DNA of 63,737 nucleotides, the filler included, from Rhabdomonas costata (taxonomy: Eukaryota): assembly GCA_019059605.1 (NCBI GenBank). It is 40 parts of 40 records of this genome, joined end to end, with 100 filler letters (N's around TTAATTAATTAA, not from the genome) between each part and the next. Parts side by side here need not be neighbours in the genome. Positions count along the whole stretch, not along the records: positions 12,785 to 14,280 come from JAHMHO010014500.1; positions 14,381 to 15,876 come from JAHMHO010014501.1; positions 15,977 to 17,472 come from JAHMHO010014502.1; positions 17,573 to 19,068 come from JAHMHO010014503.1; positions 19,169 to 20,664 come from JAHMHO010014504.1; positions 20,765 to 22,260 come from JAHMHO010014505.1; positions 22,361 to 23,854 come from JAHMHO010014506.1; positions 23,955 to 25,450 come from JAHMHO010014507.1; 32 more parts are not named here. One strand, written 5' to 3'. Below the pieces are notes generated by a model. That model ran no database searches. It saw nothing but the letters and a program-made list of their open reading frames with translations, and was not told the origin of the DNA. Shown here in pieces: positions 13,127 through 24,684 of the stretch. A program made the position numbers and the translations under genes. Every line of letters begins with the position of its first letter. Position 1 is the stretch's first letter.

Positions 13127-14116
13127 CTGGATGAAGGTCTGGCGCAGCAGGAGGGGCTCCAGGAGGGGGTCCAGCTCCTCCCCAACGTTCTCCAGGAGGC
13201 AGGGCTGGCCATTGCGGATCGCACCCTCGAGCTGTCGTACGTAGTCCTTGTCGGAGAACTTCGTCACCACCAGGCTGGCATCGCGGTGCATGTTCTTGAT
13301 CCAAGTGTTGGCTTGACCCTGAGTATCCCCACAAACACAGACTCTATTGAGAGGCAGACCATTCACTCATTCACTCATTCATTCATTCGCTCACACGACA
13401 CAAGGCATTGCTTTTGGTGGCGGTCTTTTCTGCCTCTCAATCGGGGGGTTATCGAATTTCCTCTTCCGCTGCACGGACGCTTCTCGGGGTAAGGACCACA
13501 CCCCAACGCGGAAGTTCTTAGCAAACCTCCCCATTGCTCTCGCCCAGAATTCTTATCACTGGGTGGCCTTCGACTCCTCTGCTGCTTGGAATCCTCAGGT
13601 CATATTGCTGAGGTTCTAGGGAACCGCGGTTCTAGGGAGCTCCAGCGTCTCTCCAAACACAAAAACGGCCACGTAGTTTGCACATTCGCTTTCATTTGTG
13701 ATCAAATACGAAACACAAAAGGCAAAGGTCTCATGCTAGTACACCATTTGCATTGGGCTTCTCGTTTTCGCACATAGCTAAAAAACGCCACGTGCTGATG
13801 CAAATTCAGTTTTCAGTTGGACAGGCACCAGTAATGGCGTCCCACCACACAGAGACTGGCTTGGACCCCTCTGGCAACTTGCGTCCTTCTTTTTGCGGGG
13901 TCTGACCTGAGGATCGATACACAGCGGCCACCGCGCGGACTTGGAGAGGATGATCCCGTTCTCTGTGGACACGGAGTCCGAGGGCAGGCCCTGGACGTTC
14001 CACTGCTGGATCACCACCGGGTCCCCTGAGGTCGCCAGCAGGGTGCAGTCTGCGCTGTGCTGCAGCCCGTGCTTGTCCAGCTCCCCGATCCACTCCGTCA
14101 GCAGGTCGTTGCGGTA
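13127..14116 (-). CDS. Axonemal dynein heavy chain (stalk/AAA5 region); exons 14116-13907 and 13318-13127
   Basis: WNVQGLPSDSVSTENGIILSKSARWPLCIDPQ|GQANTWIKNM...LLENVGEELDPLLEPLLLRQTF; phase-0 GT-AG intron 13906-13319. Confidence 0.95.
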
Positions 14117-14943
14117 CTGTGGTTTTTATAAAAGAGATTCATAGTTCATGGGGGAATACAGGGTTGTGGCGAAGCCGAAGCAGGCCTGGGCTTTTACGCC
14201 TCCCCCCCCTCTAGAAATGAGGAATAACTGAATGGAAGTAAACCCTAAATTAACCGCAACAAATAAACACCCACCACAAANNNNNNNNNNNNNNNNNNNN
14301 NNNNNNNNNNNNNNNNNNNNNNNNTTAATTAATTAANNNNNNNNNNNNNNNNNNNNNNNNNNNNNNNNNNNNNNNNNNNNAATTCCTGGGCAACCTTGCT
14401 TCAACATTATTTTTAACACAAAACTGTGGTGCAGGTTAGAAAGGCTTCAATTTTCCTTCTTCTGTCTCATGCATCCGATGGGAGAGGGCACACACCCGAA
14501 CCCCACAGTAGCCTCCTGAGCCCCGGATGTCGGAACGGATCCCGTTCACCGTTCGAGCCCAGCTGCGACCCCATACGCCCCAGCCAATCCTTTCATCCAC
14601 AGGAAAGATCGCAAGCCCTCTCCTTTATTCCGAAAAAAAAAAGAAGAGAGAGAGACGACGGAAACCAGATAAGGATAAACCCCCCAAAAAGGTGTTGCTC
14701 CCGTTGTGTGTGCTGCTCCCTTGTGACGAGGGGAGGCAGAATGCCAGGGTAAGCTGGGTAAGCACCGCTTCGCCATGACAACAAAGAATAGGAAATCGGG
14801 TGTGCTTTCAAGATGCGGAGGTTAGAGGTGGCATCATGTTATCTAACAACGGAGTCAGGGATCGCAGAGACATCCCTTCATTCTTTCACCCCCGCGGGCA
14901 CCTCCTCGTCCCCGCGCCGCAAACAGACTCCAAAAACGCATAC

Positions 14944-15732
14944 TAGTCGCTGCCCGTTCTCCAGGGAATGGAGGATGGCAGATAGCGCAGTGAGCCCCGA
15001 GAGGCGTCATAGACCAGCGCGCTCCGAAGCACAGCTGGCGTGCTGAGAAAAAATAAAACCGAACCACCGCCAGTTAGCACCTCATGACCGAAAAAGGCGG
15101 CACCTTCGGCAAAGCTGGCCCCGGGGGCGGGGGTAGCTATGTGTAAATGTGCTAATAAGCAGCCCAGTTGACCATGAAAAAGCGGCGCATGTGCAAAGCG
15201 GAAAAAGCAATGTAACCGTAATTCAAGAAGCAATAGATTCTAGCGGGTCAGGCAGAGAGCGGGACCACTTGGCACTCCATTTGGGGTGTCAGATTTCGCC
15301 TGGCTGCCTTTGTTCCTCCTGCTGCTCTCGAAGTGCACGATGAAAGCGTAAGGGCACCTGGATGAGATGAACGCGGAGGGGCTTGGGGCCGTGGACTCGA
15401 GCGCGGGCACATCCTGCTGCACTGAGGAAACACCAAACAAAGTCATGGAAAAGTACACATACTCTGCATTTTCATCTCGCAACACATTGGGAAAATCAAT
15501 TGGAAAGACGGCCCAAGAGGCAATGTGGCTTTGGGAGGCGGTGAGGAGATACAAATGACATCCGCTGACCTTCAGATTAAACGCTGACTTCGGGTGAAGG
15601 CAAATAGGAAGGACTGGGGGGGGGGGCACAAAGCTCGGCCGCACCTCCTCCGGTGAGGACTCCTTCGCGGGGGACGATCACAGGCTCCAGGATCTCGGAG
15701 TAGCTCGAAGTGTGCTCCGCCGAAAGTGCCAT
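14944..15732 (-). CDS. 5' part of an unknown gene; exons 15732-15645, 15421-15358, 15042-14944
   Basis: ATG plus three exons with phase-consistent GT-AG introns (phases 1, 2, 2): MALSAEHTSSYSEILEPVIVPREGVLTGG|VQQDVPALES...|STPAVLRSALVYDASRG. Confidence 0.55.
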
Positions 15733-15978
15733 CTCTCTCACTCAACCTCTCACGTACTGCCTGTCGGGGGAGGCTGCGGCGGCGGCTTGGGAGATTTCTT
15801 TGACTATTTATGCTTCTCGCTCTCCACACAGAAATGGGATCTGGTGGTTGAAAGTGTAAGGGTGGGACAAAAAAAANNNNNNNNNNNNNNNNNNNNNNNN
15901 NNNNNNNNNNNNNNNNNNNNTTAATTAATTAANNNNNNNNNNNNNNNNNNNNNNNNNNNNNNNNNNNNNNNNNNNNGG

Positions 15979-17472
15979 TTATGCGAGTACATCGAGCGTG
16001 CAGCCAAGAGGTGCAAGCGCTCTGCAGCTGACTTCGAGGCATGGAAGCGCCACTTGCTCAATCTGGTGGAAGACCACCTCAAGCGCTTCAAGGACGAAGA
16101 GTGGATCGCTCGGGGCTGCCTATCCAAAGAAGGCAAGGAGGCCTTGAAAAGCCTTCATGACACCATGGTGGTCGCCCCCGTGGACAAGTCGCAGCACGAC
16201 CTGATGTTCGCGTGCCGCTCTGTCTACCGAGCCTGGCTGCGGAAGGAGACGACATCCTCGAGGGTTTACACGCCAACCACCGAGACGGACGACTCCATCT
16301 GGGACCGACATGCGCAACTCTCGGCCCAGATCGACCGCCTCTCCATTCGAGCTCACTCGTACCTGTACGGTGCGGGAAAGCTGCACAAGGAGCCCGTCAA
16401 GATGAGGTGGATCGCAGGAGCAAAGACGGCCGTCATCGACTCCTACCGCAACAAAGACACAATAGCACCGGCCACTTCCATCACTCCGCTGGGCGCCGCC
16501 CTGGGAGGGGTGCTTCGTCTGATGATGCTCACGTTGGAGGCGAAGGACATCCGCGAGTTCCGGCCCCACGGCATTAAACGATATTGGGTGGTGACCTCTG
16601 TGGACCCGGTGGCAAAACAAATTAAGATCCACCAACAGAGGCTCGCCAAGATGGCTGTATGGACCCGGGACTTCGAAACCATGTACACCAACCTCGAACA
16701 CGATCGGTTGGTTGCTGGAGTCCGCCGAGCTGTTACCGAGGCCTTCGAGTACCAGAAGCACCGGATCCAGGCTCAAAGCATCCCCAAGCTCAGCCTGAAG
16801 TGGAACAGCCAAGGCAAGTGTGCAGCCTCCTTCTCGGCAGACGGGTCCTTCAATATGGCCCAGATACTGGAATGGGTCGAGACTGTGGTGAAGAACACGT
16901 ACATCAAACAAGACGCGGCCTCACCCACCCTTCACCAGCAGTACGGAGTTCCAATGGGCGGCAAATGCAGTTCTGAGCTTGCCAATCTGTACTGCTACGC
17001 AGTGGAAAGCAGTACGATCGACCGCCTCCTCGCCGAAGGCCACACCGACCTCGTGAAGACCATGTTCGACACCCACCGCTACATCGACGACATGCTCGGC
17101 TTCCAGCCCATCCCGTGGGACAAGTTCGACTACGGGATGACTCACGTGCAGACCAACAATGCACCTCACGAGGCTGTCTTTCTGGGCATGAAGATCAACA
17201 CCTCGGGCCCCTACGTGCGTCTCTCCCTGCAGCCAAAAGGAGCCGGCTGGAAGTGGAAGCCCCAGCGCTACATTCAGTGGAGTTCCGTGCACACGACGTA
17301 CACGAAGAACTTCTTAATGAAGGGGCTTGCCGTCAGAGCCGGAGTAATTACCAACACCATGGACAGCTTCAAGGAGGCAATCACGTATTACGCCGAGGGT
17401 CTCGCAGCTCGGGGCTTTCACTCCTCCGCCCTGCAGATCTCGTGGGACTCGTACCTACGAGACTACTGGAAG
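15979..17472 (+). mobile_element. Penelope-like retroelement reverse transcriptase (Naiad/Chlamys-like); open across the whole contig
   Basis: Motifs VAPVDKS, LYGAGKLHKEPVKMRWIAG, DFETMYTNLEH, QQYGVPMGGKCSSELANLY, RYIDD, FLGMKI and YIQWSSVH..TK; no stops or introns in about 498 codons. Confidence 0.88.
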
Positions 17473-18283
17473 NNNNNNNNNNNNNNNNNNNNNNNNNNNN
17501 NNNNNNNNNNNNNNNNTTAATTAATTAANNNNNNNNNNNNNNNNNNNNNNNNNNNNNNNNNNNNNNNNNNNNGTTGTTGCTGTCAGTGCTGACTTCATCC
17601 TAAAGCATAGGTTCTGAAGAGTGCTTTGCCATCAAGGCGTATCCATATGCACATTACCGGGCTATTAACTTTGGAACTCGGACAACCTGAGACAATTTTC
17701 GAAACGTTATAGCGGTCATTTTAACCATGAAAGTCGTTGCTGGCACACCGGCGTGCAGGTGGGCGGACGGTGTGCCAGCCTACACTCTGCAATCTCTCAT
17801 CAAAACCCAAGCCCAAGGTAAAGCAGCGTAAAACCAAGGTCCTGCCGAAAATTACATTCAGTGGCCTGCAAAGGGCCAAGAATGGCCCTTCCAAGGCTCT
17901 GCAAAGGGAAAAAGCGCTCAAAACCCTCCAAAAATGGCCCCTAAATGGCCCCTAGCGTAGCATTTCAGCCCACTCGAGGCCGGAAAGCGGCCAACCAACT
18001 CATCTCAGGAGTACTACCATATCACCAAATATGAGCCCCAACCCGTCACTCTAGCTCGAGTTCTGAGGACAATGTTAGGTCTTCTGTCCGGTCCGATCCG
18101 GTCCGGGAGTGACCATGGCATTTTTCCATTATCTCAGGTGGCCAACACTTAAGCTTTCACCAATGGAAGTTTCCGATTTTTTTTCCGCGCCCTTCCTGAC
18201 CTCCGAGACGATCAACGAACGAACGGTCCCCAGCTTGTCCACACACGCTTGTTTCTTGACTCGGATCGACGCGTACTGTTCTG

Positions 18284-19068
18284 ATGTTTGATGAGAACGA
18301 GCAATTAAAAGCACAGTTAAAAGAACTAAAGATACACAAACAAAAAATAAAACAGGCTAAAGAAACAGAGCATAAGCGCTCAGAACTAGTTAAAAATTTT
18401 CCAAAATCACAAAGGGAATTACAGACCGTTATAAAACAGCACCCGATAAGTATAAAAGAAAGACTTGCAAGAAAGAAAAAACGCATAAAAAAAGCTAGAG
18501 TTGTTACAAAACAAAATAAGAGATGCAAAACAAGAGAGAAGAATGAAATACGAAGAGAAACATAGACATAATATACAGGAAGAAGTACCATATTTTCAGA
18601 TACTACCACCACAAGATCAAGAAAGGCACGATGAAATTATAAGTCCAGCATTAAATAATATTCGTTCACAATATACAGATCAGAATATAGCATTGTTATA
18701 TGTAGACAAGGAAAACAGCGCTAGAAATACAAAATATTACAACCAGAATTACAAAGATATTACATCTGTATTTTTTACTAACATAAGAAAATATGAAGAC
18801 ATAGAAACTAATATCAGAAAAATATATGACGCCCAACAATTCGCATTTAAAATTAATGTTTCTTATGGTTATGTATTTGAGTCAAAACTAATTAGTGAAT
18901 ATAATGAAACCGATGTTGATTATGAGTACAGCCTAGGACACGGTTATGATGATAAAAGATTGCTTGAAGCTCCAATGCTAATTAGAAATGGTAATGATTT
19001 ATTGAAACTCATTGAAAAATTAAATTTACTTGATTATGCAGAATTTAGCTCACAAACAATTGAAGGTG
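18284..19068 (+). mobile_element. AT-rich intronless ORF (frame break near 18500-18565) resembling Polinton/adintovirus-like proteins
   Basis: Abrupt switch to A-rich composition near 18290; motif KIYDAQQFAFKINVSYGYVF...RLLEAPMLIRNGNDL resembles the FKINxSFG domain upstream of protein-primed PolB in Polinton-like elements. Confidence 0.45.
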
Positions 19069-19399
19069 NNNNNNNNNNNNNNNNNNNNNNNNNNNNNNNN
19101 NNNNNNNNNNNNTTAATTAATTAANNNNNNNNNNNNNNNNNNNNNNNNNNNNNNNNNNNNNNNNNNNNTTGTTTGTTGCAATTTATGCGGCTTTTTAGTG
19201 TGGCAGAGTCACTTGGCACGTAATCTTCCGACTAGTAGGCTTGAACATAGAACTATCAATATTGATGGTGCAAAGTGACTCTGCCACACTAAAAAGCCGC
19301 ATAAATTGCAACTTACTATAAAAAGGGCGTAACTTTGTGTCCGCTAACATGAATTTGGAGCAAACGTTGCGCTTCTACAACAACTGTTCCTCAGTGTGC

Positions 19400-20664
19400 A
19401 TTAGAAGATGGCGGCTAAGTTTGCGGAGTGGCATGTTGAGCTCGTTAACCATAGTGTACGCAATCACTTTGTTTCTTCAAGCGGAGTCAAGAAGATCCAG
19501 AACAAGGTGTCAATCAATCTCATTCTGTATACGCAGTAGACGTTAAGGTGTGGCAAATGATCCATATTGCTTCCTTTGGAATTTGACGTGTGCCACAATT
19601 TGTATCATCAACGGCGTGGATATCGTAAAGTGGATGCCACTAACTGGCTGATGTTTCCAAAATGTCAACTGTGTCTAAAGCTGTGTGGAGACAGGTTGAC
19701 TATTTGAGTTGCACTTTTTCCGCCGGAACATGTGGTCGGACGTTGTCAAAGATAGTGGCTGAATGTGTGGATGATAAGTGAGTGGTGACATACAAGCAAC
19801 CAGAGCGGTCTGAGAACACTTGGATCTCAGAGTGTATAACGTATGTTTGTTAGAAGCGTAACTTTGGCAGAAAAGCTCGTTGCAATGTCGCAATTTATCT
19901 GACAGACTGACAAGCGTTTCAGTCTCTTTGTAAGGTTGATGTAGTGCAAACGTCTGTTTCAGCTTGGAAAATGTCAAACACCTGTAGGACGTCCATCGCA
20001 CAGCGGTGATTTCTTTTATTGCAGGTGGTCGGTTTCAACAATAAGACGAAATGTATTCTGGTCAAATTTGCTCGCCGATTCATTCGGGTATTTATAGCAG
20101 CGTGGGTTTTTCTATGTAACGTCTCCATGGGTGTTGGCGTTAATGTCTATTCGGATTGTTTATCAGCAAAACTACTCTGTGCTGTATTAAATGAATATTT
20201 ATGTGCTTCTTGTGATTCCATGTCTAAATTTATTCAACATAATGATCTAGCAGACGCTGAGTAGATGCCAGGTGTCACACAATGTTGCAGAATTGTGGTC
20301 GCCCGTGTCATCTAACTGGTTTCTGTGACCGTTCATTTTCTGGAACTCTGGTATCGCTGACCAAATTTCATGGCTGGCCACACCTCCTCATAATTTGCGG
20401 CTCATTTTTGGCTTGTTAGGTGTTATCATTAACCACATACAAGGACGCCAGTTGGCCAACATTATCGAAGTCGACACACGACAAAACAATTCTGTACTTC
20501 CATTATAGAGTATTTCCAATATTGCAAGCACTATCCGCCATTATCCACCATTAATAGATAACTAGCCAACCGCATGAATTTCACCACTATTCGTGGAGTT
20601 TTCAGAAACGTATTTTTCAGAAAACTTGAAACGTTGGAGTCAGCGATTGTGTAGGTGTGGAATG
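19400..20664 (-). mobile_element. Decayed Ty3/Gypsy pol relic (RT-RNaseH)
   Basis: In order on the minus strand: LSCVDFDNVGQL (resembles FS.LDL..GY.Q), MKFG..FQKMN (resembles MPFG..FQR.M), LLKPTT, FSKLKQ; many stops and frameshifts. Confidence 0.55.
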
Positions 20665-21600
20665 NNNNNNNNNNNNNNNNNNNNNNNNNNNNNNNNNNNN
20701 NNNNNNNNTTAATTAATTAANNNNNNNNNNNNNNNNNNNNNNNNNNNNNNNNNNNNNNNNNNNNTGTGTTGTGGATTAACAACCTCTTCACGGTGGAAGT
20801 CTATGAGTGTGCAGCGAGATACGCCCTGGAATATGTGCGTGGGTGAGCGTTCCGTGGGTCTGCAACCTCTATCTTTTCCGCTTAGGACTTCTGATGAGGC
20901 ATGCCAAACAAACTGCGTGTAGCTGCGCATATCCTGGGTTCGCCAACACACGCAGGGACACAAAGACAGCTGCAAGGCACGGGTGCACATGGCTGTGGCG
21001 CTTGGGTCGTTTTTTATTTCGATCCGTTTTGCCTCTGTGCATCTGATGTTTGGGTAGTTGGCCTCTAATTCCTATTCCCATCGGAACGCGGAACGCGATT
21101 TACACGTTAAATATAAAAACAAAATTGTCAGTTCTGATAAGAAACAGATGGAATCATAACATTGATTGATTCCAATAATTTTGATGGATGAACTTTTCGA
21201 GTTTCGAATTCGAGTTTCGGGTTTCTGTGAAGAAAAAGGAATAAATTGCAAAGTAAATTGCTCAGCTTAAAGTTTACCGCCTACGCACATACACACATGC
21301 ACACACACACGGAGCCTTGTTGAACAGGGTGACTCTCCTGAGTTCAACCAATGCCAGGCCAACCTGAAGGCGTTGTACTCACAGGTAGCTTGCCGTCTGG
21401 TTTATACGACACAAGGATATTGGGAAAGGATTGTGCATCGGGATGCCTCTTATTCGTTCATAGCCAGTACGTTTGGTTTGGTGGCGCACCTTCCCCCTCC
21501 CCCCGCACTTCTTGTTGTCATCTTTCGGCAGAGATGCATCTTGCATGGGGTTTGTGTGTGCGCTGTTCTTTTTGCTGCCAATCTTTTTTGTGCCAAAAAG

Positions 21601-22122
21601 GGACTTGCTCTGAAGGAGGCGCACGTGAGGGAATTCAAGGCGTACCGTATCATCTACACCCTGTATGGTGCAGCAGCAGTCCCTCACTGTACTGCTTTTT
21701 TCTTATTTCTGAAAGAAAACTAATCCAAGAGCTGCTCCCATGTGCTGAACATTTTTATGAATGAACGCCATGCCGATGCAGATTTGCAGTATCCTTGATA
21801 ATGGGTCAATAGTGGTGCGGAGCAGAACTTTAAAAAGCTGGAATGGATTTGAGGAACAGTTCGTGCTGAGAAATTGCTTTAAATGTTGCCTGAGGATTGA
21901 TGCGGCTGGGCCGCAAGATGTCAAAAGCTGGTGAAAGCTGGGTGCTCCCGTTATGACTTCTGCTGTGCCGCGGTAGCTGTGCTCGTTCTGTGAGGTTACA
22001 GTGTGTGTTCCGATTTGTGATGAGGTAGGACTCCTCTTCCTGTCAGGATGACGAACGCCCAGGACGAGCTCAACCGGGAGCTTTTCGAGCTCTCCGCCGC
22101 GGATCGAGCCAGCCCAGAGATC
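21601..22122 (+). CDS. SAC3/GANP/THP3-family protein; exons about 21601-21667 and 22047-22122
   Basis: HVREFKAYRIIYTLY...MTNAQDELNRELFELSAADRASPEI matches the EF.AY.IlY...L..L......P.V pattern; junction is anomalous (see findings). Confidence 0.7.
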
Positions 22123-22999
22123 GTATGGGTCTCCCGTCCCCGAGGGAGGGTGACCTTATTTTGTACAGTTCTTGTGTGTGGACAAGGGACAGAAACCAAC
22201 TGTTCATGGCACACTTTTTTTCCACCGTTGTCATGTGCAGGTTTCTGGTGACCAAACCCCNNNNNNNNNNNNNNNNNNNNNNNNNNNNNNNNNNNNNNNN
22301 NNNNTTAATTAATTAANNNNNNNNNNNNNNNNNNNNNNNNNNNNNNNNNNNNNNNNNNNNTACCTGAAAGAAGGGAAGAAGGCCATCCTGAACGACGACG
22401 GCAAAGTCTCTGGTCAGAGAGTGACCGCTGAGGCTTTGAAGGAGGGTCTTGGGCTCACGATGTCTTTGGGGGCCCTTAGTGCAATGCTCCGTTGTGAGCT
22501 GAACATTGGATTGGTGGCGAAACGGCAAGAAGCGTACTGTTGTGCCAACGTGCGTTTTGATTGGTGCAATGAATCACTGCTCGTCTGCATCCCTCCCTTA
22601 CTGGCGTGGCGTGGCGTGTTCGTACACAGGCGTTACAATTATCACACATCGTCCCCTTGATGCTGCGTGTCCTTTGTGTACTTTTCTTTTGCTTTTCCTA
22701 TGCGCAAGCATCGAACCTTTTATTTGCTTATTTTTAGCAGTGAGTTGCGGGTGTTTCAGCTGTTCATATAGTTCGATTTTCCTTCGCAAAATTTCATTAT
22801 TTCGTTGCGTTCCTGTATGAAATGAGAAGCTGAAAACTGAGTTTATGGGATGCTTGGGTGCTGTGTTTTGTCATAGAGAAAGCAGAGAACCAAGAAAGAT
22901 GACTCGGCAACCGCTAGTTTCCTGGTAACGTGCCTTCTCTTCTTTGTTCAGTTAACGTGTTTGCTGCTTCCCAAGTCGCGTAGCATGCAATGTTTCGTC

Positions 23000-23854
23000 A
23001 TTGTTCAGTCATTGGGCAGCAGTTGTAACTCTGCACAGTGCAGTGCACCAGCCCTGGGCCCATCCCAAGATGCCCCCCCCCCTTGCTGCGGACTTATATT
23101 CGGACCCGCGTTTCCAGAAGACTGGCAAGGGGCTACGTGGCGATGCACGATTTTTTTATAATTTCGATAGATGCTTTGCAGGGGATTAGGGAGGGGGCAC
23201 ACGTGTCCCCCGGGATTCCGATAGAAGCTTTTGAAGGGTTAGTTTGCGACGCATGTGTCTCCAGCGATGGACAGGTCTTGTCCAGGAAGTCAGGAGCGCT
23301 GCGCTCCGCGGCCCAAGATCCAAGGTGTTTTCACAAGATAAGCATATTCCTGGGTTTCCGTTGCGGTAGCGGGTTTCGACCAGCGGGTATGAGACCGATC
23401 CTCCCGCTCCTCCGTCTCGGAGGGGTCGCAGCTCTCTAGGTCAGTGTATGCATCTCGGAGGTGACGAAGCTTGGTCTGTGGCCTCTTCGTCTGCAAGATT
23501 CCCCACAATGGTCCCCATTCATCCCCTTGGAAAGCAAACAGAGCAAAATGTTACACTACAACACATGCTAGCATGCCTGCTTTCTAGGACGAGCACAAAA
23601 GTCTGAAGACCCACACTCGTAAAGGATCCCCAGAAAGCAAAAATAACACTCATCGTCCACTCGCCGTTGTGATGCCGTTGCAATAACTTCCAGCTATACC
23701 CGCGCAGTGGGCAATGTGCCCCACTGTTAAAAGGCCAACCGACCGAGACTTTTGTGAGTCACGCAGGCGTAGGCTCACGCCCACACAGCGGCGTACCTCC
23801 ATAAGCTCGAACATAGCCAGGAGGGCCTCCTTGGCCTCCCCTCCCCCCCACCAC
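23000..23854 (-). mobile_element. Degenerate LINE RT relic
   Basis: EALLAMFELM..RSVGLLTV (resembles RPISLL), AYTDLESCD (resembles F.DL.KAFD), IGIPGDTCAPSL (resembles GVPQG..LSP.L); disrupted. Confidence 0.45.
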
Positions 23855-24022
23855 NNNNNNNNNNNNNNNNNNNNNNNNNNNNNNNNNNNNNNNNNNNNTT
23901 AATTAATTAANNNNNNNNNNNNNNNNNNNNNNNNNNNNNNNNNNNNNNNNNNNNGTTGGTGGTTGAAATGCAATGCTCTCATCATTGGCATTGGGGGAGT
24001 GAGGCGTTGGGAGGGGGTGGAC

Positions 24023-24684
24023 CTCCAGCCCCTCCGGGGTAGTCATGGCCAGGTAGGTGAAGCAGTCGTGGAGGTTGAAGGACCCGGGGATGTGGCCATC
24101 CGCGTAAGCCGCTGGATTGCGAACGTCCAGCACAACCACGTCGTTGTCCTGCGGCGCGGCGGAAAGCCATCCGAATAAGGAAGGCAAAGCGCCCCTTACC
24201 GCACTTGTTAGTAAAGTCATGTTGCAACGCCAGTGGCTAGCCTACACAAGTGCATGTCAGCCATGTATTTCAGGAGACCTCTTTTATCAGGTGTCGGATC
24301 ATCGTACACCAATCGGACATACAGACAAACTGAGCAATGTGTGAGACACAATATTGTCTCATCGAAGCTCGACGGGGCACAGGAAGAAGACGCGGTTTTT
24401 GCACACCATCACTTGGGTAAAGAGGCCGAGCTGGAGGAGACAAAAGTGGCAGAAAGAACCACTATCAAATTTTACGCCAATCCGTATTCCTGCCTTCACG
24501 GTTTCATTTCCGGACGATCCGCAGCAATTGTCTGCAACACTGGAGCACAGTGGTTCTCGCATCCATTTGATTCCATGCGGGGAATGCGCAGCGTTCTACC
24601 GGGTCCTGCAACATGGCGTGGAGCTCTTCCGCACCGATAAGGGCGCTGCGATCAACAGCGTTGGGGTACTCCGTGGTGATACGC
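24023..24684 (-). CDS. Rhodanese/sulfurtransferase; exons 24684-24600 and 24148-24023
   Basis: ALIGAEELHAMLQDP|DNDVVVLDVRNPAAYADGHIPGSFNLHDCFTYLAMTTPEGLE; phase-0 GT-AG intron. Confidence 0.88.

Noticed and set aside
19175..19312. Inverted repeat of about 45 bp
   Set aside because: Contig-terminal fold-back ending in primer-like bases
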